Assembly: GCA_035382085.1 (NCBI GenBank)
Contig: DAOSZO010000001.1
Location: forward strand, 4,488-68,487
DNA: 64,000 bases
DNA from: Smithella sp.
GTDB lineage: Bacteria > Desulfobacterota > Syntrophia > Syntrophales > Smithellaceae
Direction: 5' to 3'
Shown here: positions 20,624 through 30,783 of the stretch, in pieces
How positions within the stretch are numbered: the first letter of the stretch is position 1
Layout of the letters: each line of letters opens with the position of its first letter
The notes under the pieces: generated by a model
The model's input: the letters and a program-made list of their open reading frames with translations, nothing else
Database searches by the model: none
What the model was told of the DNA's origin: nothing
Made by a program: the position numbers and the translations under genes

Positions 20624-20673
20624 ATTATTGCATAATAATTTCATCATAATTACTTATTTTCAGAAGGAGAATC

Positions 20674-21627
20674 ATGGCAGAAGATTATTACGATGTTTTG
20701 GGTGTCGATAAAAAAGCCTCGGCGGATGATATAAAAAAAGCATACAGAAAACTCGCCCTTAAATGGCATCCAGACAGAAATCCCAATAACAAGGCGGCCG
20801 AAGAAAAATTCAAGAAAATAAGCGAAGCCTACGCCGTTTTGAGTGACACAGAAAAACGCAAGCAGTATGACCAGTTTGGTTCCGCCGACCAGTTCCGTCA
20901 GCAATTCTCCCAGGAGGATATATTCCGTGGCTTTGACATTGATGAAATTTTACGGAGTTTCGGTTTTGGCACAGCAAGAGGAGGTAGAACAACTTTTCGA
21001 ACCAGCAGAAGGGGTAGCGGCCTGAATGATGATTACGATGATCCTTTTGTGGGACTTTTCGGGAGCATGGGATCGGAAGGCCGCCGTTACTCAAATATGC
21101 CTCAAAAAGGACAAGATGCCGAGTATAATCTATCCATAACGCTGGAGGAATCGGTTTTCGGAACAGAAAAAAAAATATCCTTTCAACTGGAAAATCGCAT
21201 TGAAGACATAAACGTTAAAATTCCGGCCGGCATTAGTACAGGAAAAAAATTAAGATTGCCAGGAAAAGGCCTCTCTGGCGTCAATGGAGGTCCTAACGGA
21301 GATTTATATCTAAATATTAATGTTTTGCCTCATCCCATTTATGCCCGAGATGGAAATGATTTGTATCTTGAAAGAACAATAAGATTTTCTCAAGCGGCAT
21401 TGGGCACATCGATTGATGTCCCCATGCTCGATGGTACGACCAAAAGAATAAAAATTCCTCCCGGAACTCAGAATAATACCAAAATAAGAATGAAAGGCTT
21501 TGGCGTTCCCGGGATGAAAGGTGCTTCGAGGGGAGATATGTATGTAAAAATTAATGTCGAAGTTCCTAAGAAGTTAAATGATCGCCAAGTAAAGCTCATT
21601 CAACAACTGGCTGCTGACGGCATTTAA
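20674..21627 (+). CDS. cbpA: DnaJ-class co-chaperone lacking the zinc finger (CbpA-like)
   Basis: J-domain DYYDVLGV...[11 protein letters not shown]. No CxxCxGxG repeats. The C-terminal DnaJ_C beta domains are present. Confidence 0.8.
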   Translation: MAEDYYDVLGVDKKASADDIKKAYRKLALKWHPDRNPNNKAAEEKFKKISEAYAVLSDTEKRKQYDQFGSADQFRQQFSQEDIFRGFDIDEILRSFGFGTARGGRTTFRTSRRGSGLNDDYDDPFVGLFGSMGSEGRRYSNMPQKGQDAEYNLSITLEESVFGTEKKISFQLENRIEDINVKIPAGISTGKKLRLPGKGLSGVNGGPNGDLYLNINVLPHPIYARDGNDLYLERTIRFSQAALGTSIDVPMLDGTTKRIKIPPGTQNNTKIRMKGFGVPGMKGASRGDMYVKINVEVPKKLNDRQVKLIQQLAADGI

Positions 21628-21762
21628 AAATTTATTAACAATTTACAAATGATCATTCGAGCCTCATTTAAAATATTTAACCCTTGTAAAAAATGTCCTA
21701 TAAGATATGTTATGTAAACATAATAAAACTTTTTTAAATTATAAATTTAAGCAACCTTGCCA

Positions 21763-22701
21763 TTATATTGTCTTCCTCCGCCCAACTGATATACAAATCA
21801 TATTGTATAATTTGTTTCTTAAATCGTTGTATGTATTCCATGAAATATAATTGTAATTTTTTCTTTCAAAATGAACATTTTCCAGAATGTTTTTTCTTAC
21901 GCACCAAATGACGGGAAGATTTCTGCCCATGGCGTACCCTGCTTCAAAATAAACGGTTTGTTTTTGATCGCTTACTTCGGCAACAACAAAAAGAGAGTTT
22001 TTTATTTCATTAATAATTTTTGAATTGATTCTATCCATCTGCCGTTTGTTTTCATAACGGCAAGCTTTATAGCCGGCATCATGAATGGCCGGCTTGATGG
22101 CTTTTTCCCAAATCATATTCATTTCTTTAGAAAAGGACATGGCGACATAGGCCTGGCTCAATTCTATGGCCCGCTGCTCATATTGATCAAGATATTCCCA
22201 TCCATTAGAGCTTATCATAACGGAAACAGTTCCGTCGATGCGCGCGGGAAAATCACCTTTTTCGCCGGTTAAAACCAGGAGACCCCGTTCGACAAGGAAT
22301 CTTATATAAAACAGAACTTCCCTCGGTTCTTTTGCCCAAGCCAGGGGAAAGTCAAATTCCGGGGAAATATTGACGCTGTCTCCAGGATATCTAGATTTAC
22401 GGGAAATATTTCGCAAAAACAGATATTGTTTATCGGAAGGATTGTACTCCGGTATGGAATTCTCAACATCTTTTAGGCATTTGATGTTTATTTCAGGAAC
22501 ATCTACATTTAATTCCGAAAGATTTCTGATCCACGACGAAAGCAACTTGGTTATGTTTTTGTTGTCCGCCATTCGAATGGCGGTCCGCGTGATCGTAAAG
22601 TGACCGCATCGGATGCAATGAAAAGTCATTTTCTCTTTAGAGGCCGAATGGGAAATGAAAGATTGGTTGTGAAGATGGCAAATCGGGCAGTCTTTTTTCA
22701 T
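21763..22701 (-). CDS. Orphan protein: N-terminal zinc ribbon, central winged-helix-like region, C-terminal nucleoside 2-deoxyribosyltransferase/TIR-like domain
   Basis: CPICH...CIRCGH zinc ribbon. FLVERGLLVL..ISSNGWEYL resembles a winged helix. The C-terminal AYVAMSFS...LFVVAEVSDQKQTVYFEAGYAMGRNLPVIW matches the NDT-like fold pattern. ATG at 22701 follows AAAGGG. The gene is visibly AT-rich. Confidence 0.55.
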   Translation of the reverse strand: MKKDCPICHLHNQSFISHSASKEKMTFHCIRCGHFTITRTAIRMADNKNITKLLSSWIRNLSELNVDVPEINIKCLKDVENSIPEYNPSDKQYLFLRNISRKSRYPGDSVNISPEFDFPLAWAKEPREVLFYIRFLVERGLLVLTGEKGDFPARIDGTVSVMISSNGWEYLDQYEQRAIELSQAYVAMSFSKEMNMIWEKAIKPAIHDAGYKACRYENKRQMDRINSKIINEIKNSLFVVAEVSDQKQTVYFEAGYAMGRNLPVIWCVRKNILENVHFERKNYNYISWNTYNDLRNKLYNMICISVGRRKTI

Positions 22702-22752
22702 AAAATACCCTTTCTGGATGAATATCCGCATGTTAGTTAAAAAAACGATTTA

Positions 22753-23490
22753 TTAAATCAACTCCACCTCCCCTATTACACCCATTTCATTGCCGATAAC
22801 AATGATAATGCCCCGAACGCCGTTTAATTTTATGCCGAACTCCAGAGCGGCTTTAATATCGTCTTTTGTTTTCACTTTATTGCCGATGGCGGACGCCGCG
22901 GCATCGGCTAGAGTGGCTGATTTCGAAACCACGCAAACCGCGTCAGCTTTTCCGAAACTCACTGAAGGACCGACCGTCGCCGATGATGTACATATTCCCA
23001 GCGGAGTATCTTCAGATTTAACGACAAAATTTACATTGAAACTCAAGGGAGAATCTCCGGCGTAAACCGAAACAATAAGATTCCTTTCCGACTGAAGAAA
23101 AATGTCTCCTCCGTTTTCAATAATCAAATTTTTTGTATGGTCCATTAAATCATATCCTACAAATTCGGCGACAGCCCCGGCCACGCCCGCCATCGGGCCC
23201 ACGCCGCAGATTTTTGACTTCGTCAGCATATCCCGAACCAAGGGAGGAGCTAATTTATCTTCGGGCAACGGCAGAAGAGAAGAATAGAATGCTGGATGGT
23301 TTTCTATGTATGTTTCCAGAGCATGACGATGACAGGCTAAGGATTTCAGAGCCTCTTCCTTTAGATTAAGATCAGAGCTGATCAACAAATCGCTTTCTCC
23401 TAATTTTACATTATATGAAATGAGATTATCTTTGTTGACTAAATTTCGATAGGTTCTCTCCTGATACTTCATCTGCAACCCTTTTTTCAC
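22753..23490 (-). CDS. UPF0280 family protein (ApbE-like fold)
   Basis: YQERTYRNLV... followed by GVGPMAGVAGAVAEFVG; family recalled from memory. Confidence 0.55.
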   Translation of the reverse strand: MKKGLQMKYQERTYRNLVNKDNLISYNVKLGESDLLISSDLNLKEEALKSLACHRHALETYIENHPAFYSSLLPLPEDKLAPPLVRDMLTKSKICGVGPMAGVAGAVAEFVGYDLMDHTKNLIIENGGDIFLQSERNLIVSVYAGDSPLSFNVNFVVKSEDTPLGICTSSATVGPSVSFGKADAVCVVSKSATLADAAASAIGNKVKTKDDIKAALEFGIKLNGVRGIIIVIGNEMGVIGEVELI

Positions 23491-23543
23491 CAGTTTGATT
23501 TAAAAATTATGGCTCCAAGCATTAATATCGGAGATTGCGACGG

Positions 23544-26500
23544 TTATGAGTAAATGGTGGACCCTTCCCCCAAAATCGTATCAGCCTCTCTTCTGAGCGC
23601 ATCCGTAATATCAAGTCGGCAAGCATCGCCCAAGTACACGGTTGTTTCACTTTTTTGATTCAGAAGATGCATATAAGCGTTGAATTTACCGGTATGTTTT
23701 TTGATCAAAGAAATAAAATCATCCATGGTTTCCAAAGAAATTTTTTCGATATCAACTATAAAATGTATTTCTTTGAAAGGATTTTCCAATGCTTGAGTTA
23801 TTGGAATAACCTCCTGAGCGATTACGGTAATTTTTTGGTTTTCCTCATTTCCGCTTATGTCGATTTTTCCCTTGATCACCACAGGCTCTTCCCCATGTAA
23901 AAGGGCATAATATTTTCTGTAGAGATCAGCAAAAAAAATCGTATTGACCGATCCTTTTAAATCTTCAATCGTTACATAACACATGATATCATTTTTTTTT
24001 GTCTTTTTTTCGCTTCTAGAACTTATTATTCCAGCGATTGTCGCGTCATCCTTATCGTTTTTATTATGGATGGTCGCCGAATTGCAGTCGGTGATGTATT
24101 TTAATCTGTCAGAAAAACTCAGTAGCGGATGGCCGGTGATGTAAAATCCCAAAGCTTCTCTTTCCAGAGACAGCTTGCTTTTCTGATCCCACTCCGGAAC
24201 ATCATCGGGTATTTCATAGGAAAGAACGCCATTGTCTTGAGCCGAGCGATTTGAGTTCAACTGCTCAAAAAAACTGGATTGGTTGCTAAGCTTTTCTTTT
24301 TTGCTTCTCTGAGCTTGCTCCATAGCCTCTTCACAATGCATCATCAGCTGACTGCGTTTATAACCAAGAGAATCAAAAGCGCCGCATTTAATCAAGCTTT
24401 CGACAACTTTTTTATTGACCTTGCGCAAATCGACTCGGGTTAAAAAATCCATAAAAGAAGAAAACCTGCCTTCTTCTCTCACCGAAATGATTGATTCGAT
24501 TGCAGCCAGGCCAACATTTTTTATAGCGGCCATTCCGAAGCGGATGTTTTCGCCTGAAATTGTGAAATCTTTTTGGGATTCGTTGATGTCCGGAGGCAAA
24601 ATGCTGATTCCCATTTCTTTGCACGCCGTCATGTATTTGATAATTTTATCAGGGTTGTCCTTTTCACTGGTGAGCAGGGCAGTCATAAATTCGGCGGGAT
24701 AATGCGCTTTTAGATAGGCGGTTTGATAAGCAATGATGGCATAGGCTGTACTGTGTGATTTGTTGAAACCGTAGGAGGCAAATTCCTTGATTTGTTCCCA
24801 TATTTTTCTTGCAATATTTTCATTGATTCTGTTTCGTTTAGCCCCTTCAATAAATTTAGGCATTTCCTTTTCCATCGCCTCAGTCAATTTTTTGCCCATG
24901 ACTTTCCGCAAGGTATCTGCTTCGGCCATGGAATATCCCCCAATGACACTGGCAATGCGCATGACCTGCTCCTGATATAATATGATGCCGTAAGTTTCTT
25001 TCAGAATCTCTTCCAGTTGCGGCAATTCATAAGATATTTTGGTTGTTCCCTGCTTGCGCTTTATGAATTCTGAAATCATTCTCATGGGACCGGGACGATA
25101 AAGCGCGATCAAGGCGATGATGTCCTCGATGTTATCCGGCTTGAAATTTATAGCCAAGTCCGTCATACCTGCGCTTTCCATTTGGAAAACCCCGTCTGTT
25201 TGACCGCGCCCCAACAGCTCATATGTTTTTTTGTCGTCAAGAGGAAGATTATCAATATCAATTTCTAACCCTTTGAAGTGTTTAATAAATTTAAGAGCTT
25301 TTTTAATAACCGTAAGGGTTTTCAGTCCGAGAAAATCGAACTTGGTCAAGCCGATCTTTTCAATATCATCTTTTGAAAATTGTGTTACCACGTCATCTTT
25401 GGGAATACACAGCGGAACCCTTTCCACCAATGGCACATCGGAAATCACCACCCCGGCCGCATGCGTTGAAGCGTGACGGTTGATGCCCTCGAGAATTCTT
25501 GAAAGTGCCAGCAATTTGGCGACTGTGGGGTTATTTTTTTCCTCGTCGGCAAGACGCGGTTCATTTTTGATGGCCTCAGTGAGGGTGATTTTAGGGTCGT
25601 TGGGAATCAGTTTTGCGATTTTATCCGCATCAGCGTAAGGCATATTCAGGGCTCTGCCCACATCTCTGACCACTGCCTTGGCTTTCATTTTCCCGAAAGT
25701 GATGATCTGGGCGACTTTGTCCTGGCCGTATCTCTCCATGACGTATCGGATGATATCGTCCCGGCCCTCTTCGCAAAAATCAATGTCGATATCCGGCATG
25801 CTGATTCGGCTGGGATTCAGAAAACGTTCGAAAAACAAATTGTAACGAATGGGGTCGATATTTGTGATTCTCAAAGCGTAGGCCACGAGGCTGCCCGGAG
25901 CGGAACCCCGCCCGGGACCAACGGGGACATCGTTATGCTTGGCGTGTTTCACAAAATCCGAAACAATTAAAAAGTAGCCCGCAAACCCCATGGATTTGAT
26001 GATTTCTAGCTCATCGTGGAGCCTTTTTTTATATTTTGCGAGGACTTCAAGTTCGTTTTCTTTTTGATCCCTTAATATTATGGGGAAAAGCTTTTCCAAT
26101 CCTTCTTTGGCTTTTCTTTCCAGATAATCATTAAGTGTTTCTTCAGGATTCTTTACTTGGAAATTCGGAAGGATGAATTGTCCCAACTCCAATGAAAAAT
26201 TGCATTTTTCAGCGATGCTGACGGTATTAGCTATGGCTTCGGGGGTGAGTGAGAATAATTGTCGCATTTCATCCGGTGATCGAAAATAAAACTGATCTGT
26301 GCCCAACGACATCCTGTCTTTGTCGGCCATGGTTTTCCCCGTTTGAATGCAAAGCAGAACGTCATGCGCTTCGGCGTGATCACGATCCAGGTAATGACAA
26401 TCGTTGGTGGCAATTAACGGAATTGAAAGTTCCTTGCTTAATTCTATCAGGCCGGCATTGACAATTTTTTGTTCAGGCAGTCCATTTTCCATCAATTCGA

Positions 26501-27023
26501 GATAAAAATTGCCCTCTCCAAATATTTCCAGGTAATTCAGTGCGGCTTTCCTGGCCATTTCCATGTTTCCCTGAAGAATGCAAGAAGCAACTTCGCCCTG
26601 CAGACAGGCGCTGGAAGCGATGAGGCCCTCATGAAATTCTCTGAGCAATTCCTTGTCAACGCGCGGTCTGTAATAAAATCCCTTCAGATAAGCCGTGGAA
26701 GTCAGCTTCATCAGATTTTTATAGCCCTGTGAATTTTTGACCAGGACGATCAAATGCCGGGCGCTCTCTCCAGCGATTCTATCCGTGAGTTTATTTTGCG
26801 CCACATACAGCTCACATCCAATGATTGGTTTTATTCCGTACTTATAAGCTTGCTGATAAAAATCAACGGCCCCGAACATATTTCCGTGATCCGTAATGGC
26901 CAAGGCGGGCATTTTGTAGTCGCGCGCTTTTTTAAAGAGATCCTCCAGACGGATCATGCCGTCCAGAAGACTGTATTGGGTATGGAGATGAAGGTGAACG
27001 AAATCAGAATGCTTCATGGTCAA
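23544..27023 (-). CDS. dnaE: DNA polymerase III, alpha subunit
   Basis: 1159 aa. PHP domain FVHLHLHTQYSLLDG, polymerase core GPGRGSAPGSLVAYAL and MPDIDIDF, plus an OB-fold tail. Confidence 0.95.
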   Translation of the reverse strand: MTMKHSDFVHLHLHTQYSLLDGMIRLEDLFKKARDYKMPALAITDHGNMFGAVDFYQQAYKYGIKPIIGCELYVAQNKLTDRIAGESARHLIVLVKNSQGYKNLMKLTSTAYLKGFYYRPRVDKELLREFHEGLIASSACLQGEVASCILQGNMEMARKAALNYLEIFGEGNFYLELMENGLPEQKIVNAGLIELSKELSIPLIATNDCHYLDRDHAEAHDVLLCIQTGKTMADKDRMSLGTDQFYFRSPDEMRQLFSLTPEAIANTVSIAEKCNFSLELGQFILPNFQVKNPEETLNDYLERKAKEGLEKLFPIILRDQKENELEVLAKYKKRLHDELEIIKSMGFAGYFLIVSDFVKHAKHNDVPVGPGRGSAPGSLVAYALRITNIDPIRYNLFFERFLNPSRISMPDIDIDFCEEGRDDIIRYVMERYGQDKVAQIITFGKMKAKAVVRDVGRALNMPYADADKIAKLIPNDPKITLTEAIKNEPRLADEEKNNPTVAKLLALSRILEGINRHASTHAAGVVISDVPLVERVPLCIPKDDVVTQFSKDDIEKIGLTKFDFLGLKTLTVIKKALKFIKHFKGLEIDIDNLPLDDKKTYELLGRGQTDGVFQMESAGMTDLAINFKPDNIEDIIALIALYRPGPMRMISEFIKRKQGTTKISYELPQLEEILKETYGIILYQEQVMRIASVIGGYSMAEADTLRKVMGKKLTEAMEKEMPKFIEGAKRNRINENIARKIWEQIKEFASYGFNKSHSTAYAIIAYQTAYLKAHYPAEFMTALLTSEKDNPDKIIKYMTACKEMGISILPPDINESQKDFTISGENIRFGMAAIKNVGLAAIESIISVREEGRFSSFMDFLTRVDLRKVNKKVVESLIKCGAFDSLGYKRSQLMMHCEEAMEQAQRSKKEKLSNQSSFFEQLNSNRSAQDNGVLSYEIPDDVPEWDQKSKLSLEREALGFYITGHPLLSFSDRLKYITDCNSATIHNKNDKDDATIAGIISSRSEKKTKKNDIMCYVTIEDLKGSVNTIFFADLYRKYYALLHGEEPVVIKGKIDISGNEENQKITVIAQEVIPITQALENPFKEIHFIVDIEKISLETMDDFISLIKKHTGKFNAYMHLLNQKSETTVYLGDACRLDITDALRREADTILGEGSTIYS

Positions 27024-27103
27024 TTAATCCAAGTTTCTATTCTATCATGATCAGAAGGAGGAGGAGGAACAAACCGGTTGAATGAATTTGTCCGAACTAA
27101 TCA

Positions 27104-29045
<1,942 letters not shown>

Positions 29046-29047
29046 GA

Positions 29048-29497
29048 TTAAAAATTTTTCCTGCTGTCCAAAATGATAGTGACAGGTCCGTCATTGACAA
29101 GTTCCAGTTTCATCATTTCCTGGAATTTTCCTGTGGCCAGACTTTTAACTTCTTGAGAGGCTCTCATAATAAAATACTCATACATTTTTCTTGCTTTTGT
29201 CGGTTCTTCAGCCGATCCGAACGATGGACGTCGTCCTTTAACGCAATTGCCCAGCAAGGTAAATTGCGAAACGACCATCAGGGATCCCCCGACATCCAGC
29301 AATGAACAATTCATTTTCCCCTGATCGTCTTCAAAGATGCGCAAATGAACGGTTTTCTCAAGAATATAGTCACAGTCGGTTTCTGTGTCAGCCTTTTCCA
29401 CCCCCAATAAAAGCAGGATTCCCTGATTGATTGCCGATATGGGTTGATGGCCGATTTTGACAGTAGCTCTCTCAACTCTTTGAATGACAGCCCGCAT
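29048..29497 (-). CDS. dtd: D-aminoacyl-tRNA (D-Tyr-tRNA) deacylase
   Basis: MRAVIQRV start, SQFTLLG, and GPVTIILDS at the C-terminus. The track's extension to 29551 was rejected. Confidence 0.9.
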   Translation of the reverse strand: MRAVIQRVERATVKIGHQPISAINQGILLLLGVEKADTETDCDYILEKTVHLRIFEDDQGKMNCSLLDVGGSLMVVSQFTLLGNCVKGRRPSFGSAEEPTKARKMYEYFIMRASQEVKSLATGKFQEMMKLELVNDGPVTIILDSRKNF

Positions 29498-29707
29498 AAT
29501 GAATCCATTTTTTAGTTTTTGCAGACTAGCAACAAATCCTTTTGTGTTCAAGTTTTTTTCTAGGCAAATTTGCTGAAATGTATAGAATTCAAGCGTTTCA
29601 ATTATTGCTTGACAGCGATTGTTTTTGTTGTTAAGGACACGCCTGCTTTAGACAAAGTAAATACGTTTTTTAATCGTGAAAAGACATATCAGATCAAGGG
29701 GGATTCA

Positions 29708-29992
29708 ATGAATTGTCAAACAGTTAAGGCTGGAATGGAATGCACTTTCATGACCAAAAAGGGGTGTGGTTTCATCGGCGGAATTTGCAAGCCGATCATT
29801 GACAAATGTGAAGGTTGTGGAAAAATAATCGAATATCAGTCTGCAAAATATTGCACGGTCTACGCCGATCCTTTCAGCAAATGGTTCAGGGGAAACTGTC
29901 CCGTCGCAACTCATGTGAAGCTTGAAATTCAAGAAAAAGTTCAGAAAATCAATCCGCTTAAGGCGTCCAAGAGAGCAAGCAAAAAAGGCTAA
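29708..29992 (+). CDS. Small Cys-rich protein (8 Cys, basic tail), function unknown
   Basis: ATG at 29708 lies 6 nt after AAGGGGGA. The protein starts MNCQTVKAGMECTFMTKKGCGFIGGICKPIIDKCEGCG. A strong terminator follows. Confidence 0.55.
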   Translation: MNCQTVKAGMECTFMTKKGCGFIGGICKPIIDKCEGCGKIIEYQSAKYCTVYADPFSKWFRGNCPVATHVKLEIQEKVQKINPLKASKRASKKG

Positions 29993-30005
29993 AAATATTT
30001 TCCTC

Positions 30006-30037
30006 AAAAAAGCCGGCGCATTGAACGCCGGCTTTTC
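30006..30037. terminator. Bidirectional rho-independent terminator between convergent genes
   Basis: AAAAA-AGCCGGCG-cattgaa-CGCCGGCT-TTTT: an 8-bp GC-rich stem with A/T tracts on both sides. Confidence 0.8.
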
Positions 30038-30374
30038 AACTTATCATTTTTCTTATTTGTTCCAATTCCTGCTTGACGCGAATTAAAATCTTTTTCTCGA
30101 AATGGTTGTCCTCGTTATCGTTGTTATATTTTAATTTATGAAGCTGCTTTTTTGCGCCGTCAATAGTGAATCGTTGTGTGTAAAGCAAGTTTTTTATATT
30201 GAGCAGCTCCAATACATCTTTTCTTCTGTAGAGGCGTTGTGCCGTCTTGGTTCGTACCGGATTGATTGTTTTGAATTCAGTTTCCCAGTATCTGATCACA
30301 TAAGGTTCGACTTCGAGGATTTTGCTCACTTCCCCAATGCGGAAATACGCTTTATCTGGAATTTTCGATTCCAT
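30036..30374 (-). CDS. MerR-family transcriptional regulator
   Basis: YFRIGEVSKILEVEPYVIRYWETEF helix-turn-helix. Sits downstream of ihfA, as in many proteobacteria. Confidence 0.8.
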   Translation of the reverse strand: MESKIPDKAYFRIGEVSKILEVEPYVIRYWETEFKTINPVRTKTAQRLYRRKDVLELLNIKNLLYTQRFTIDGAKKQLHKLKYNNDNEDNHFEKKILIRVKQELEQIRKMIS

Positions 30375-30483
30375 CCTTCCCCTGCCCCTTACATTGGCAA
30401 AAAACCTTTAAATCAAAACCAAGGCGCCAACAAGAAGAAAAATCTCTTTTATTCGTGGTCAACTTGCCGGTTTTTTAAAAAAA

Positions 30484-30756
30484 TCAGTTTAATGCCTTGC
30501 GCAACACCTGCGAGGATTTAAATGTTAATACTCGACGTGCGGTAATGGATATTTCCTCGCCGGTTTGAGGATTGCGTCCGCGACGGGATCTTTTTTCCTT
30601 GACAACAAAATTGCCGAAACCGGATATCTTGACCTTTTCGCCTTTCGCCAGACAGTCTTTTATGATATCAAAAACAGCTTCGACAATTTCGGCGGAATCT
30701 TTTTTAGAGAAACCAAGTTTGTCGTAAACATTCTGAATAATATCGATCTTCGTCAT
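30484..30756 (-). CDS. ihfA: Integration host factor, alpha subunit
   Basis: GFGNFVVKEKRSRRGRNPQTGEEI arm motif. The position after pheT matches the E. coli himA arrangement. Confidence 0.88.
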   Translation of the reverse strand: MTKIDIIQNVYDKLGFSKKDSAEIVEAVFDIIKDCLAKGEKVKISGFGNFVVKEKRSRRGRNPQTGEEISITARRVLTFKSSQVLRKALN

Positions 30757-30783
30757 ATCCTTACCTCCATTTTAATATTTGAT

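Noticed and set aside
20624-20673. AT-only hairpin AATTATTGCATAATAATT after iorB as a terminator
   Set aside because: The stem is entirely A/T with no clear U-tract, and the cbpA RBS follows directly. It is too weak to call.
27054-27070. AGGAGGAGGAGGA purine tract between dnaE and guaB, with a possible 18-codon plus-strand mini-ORF at about 27084
   Set aside because: The tract is on the non-coding strand relative to both flanking genes. The mini-ORF is poorly spaced from it (about 16 nt) and runs antisense into the guaB 3' end. It is most likely fortuitous.
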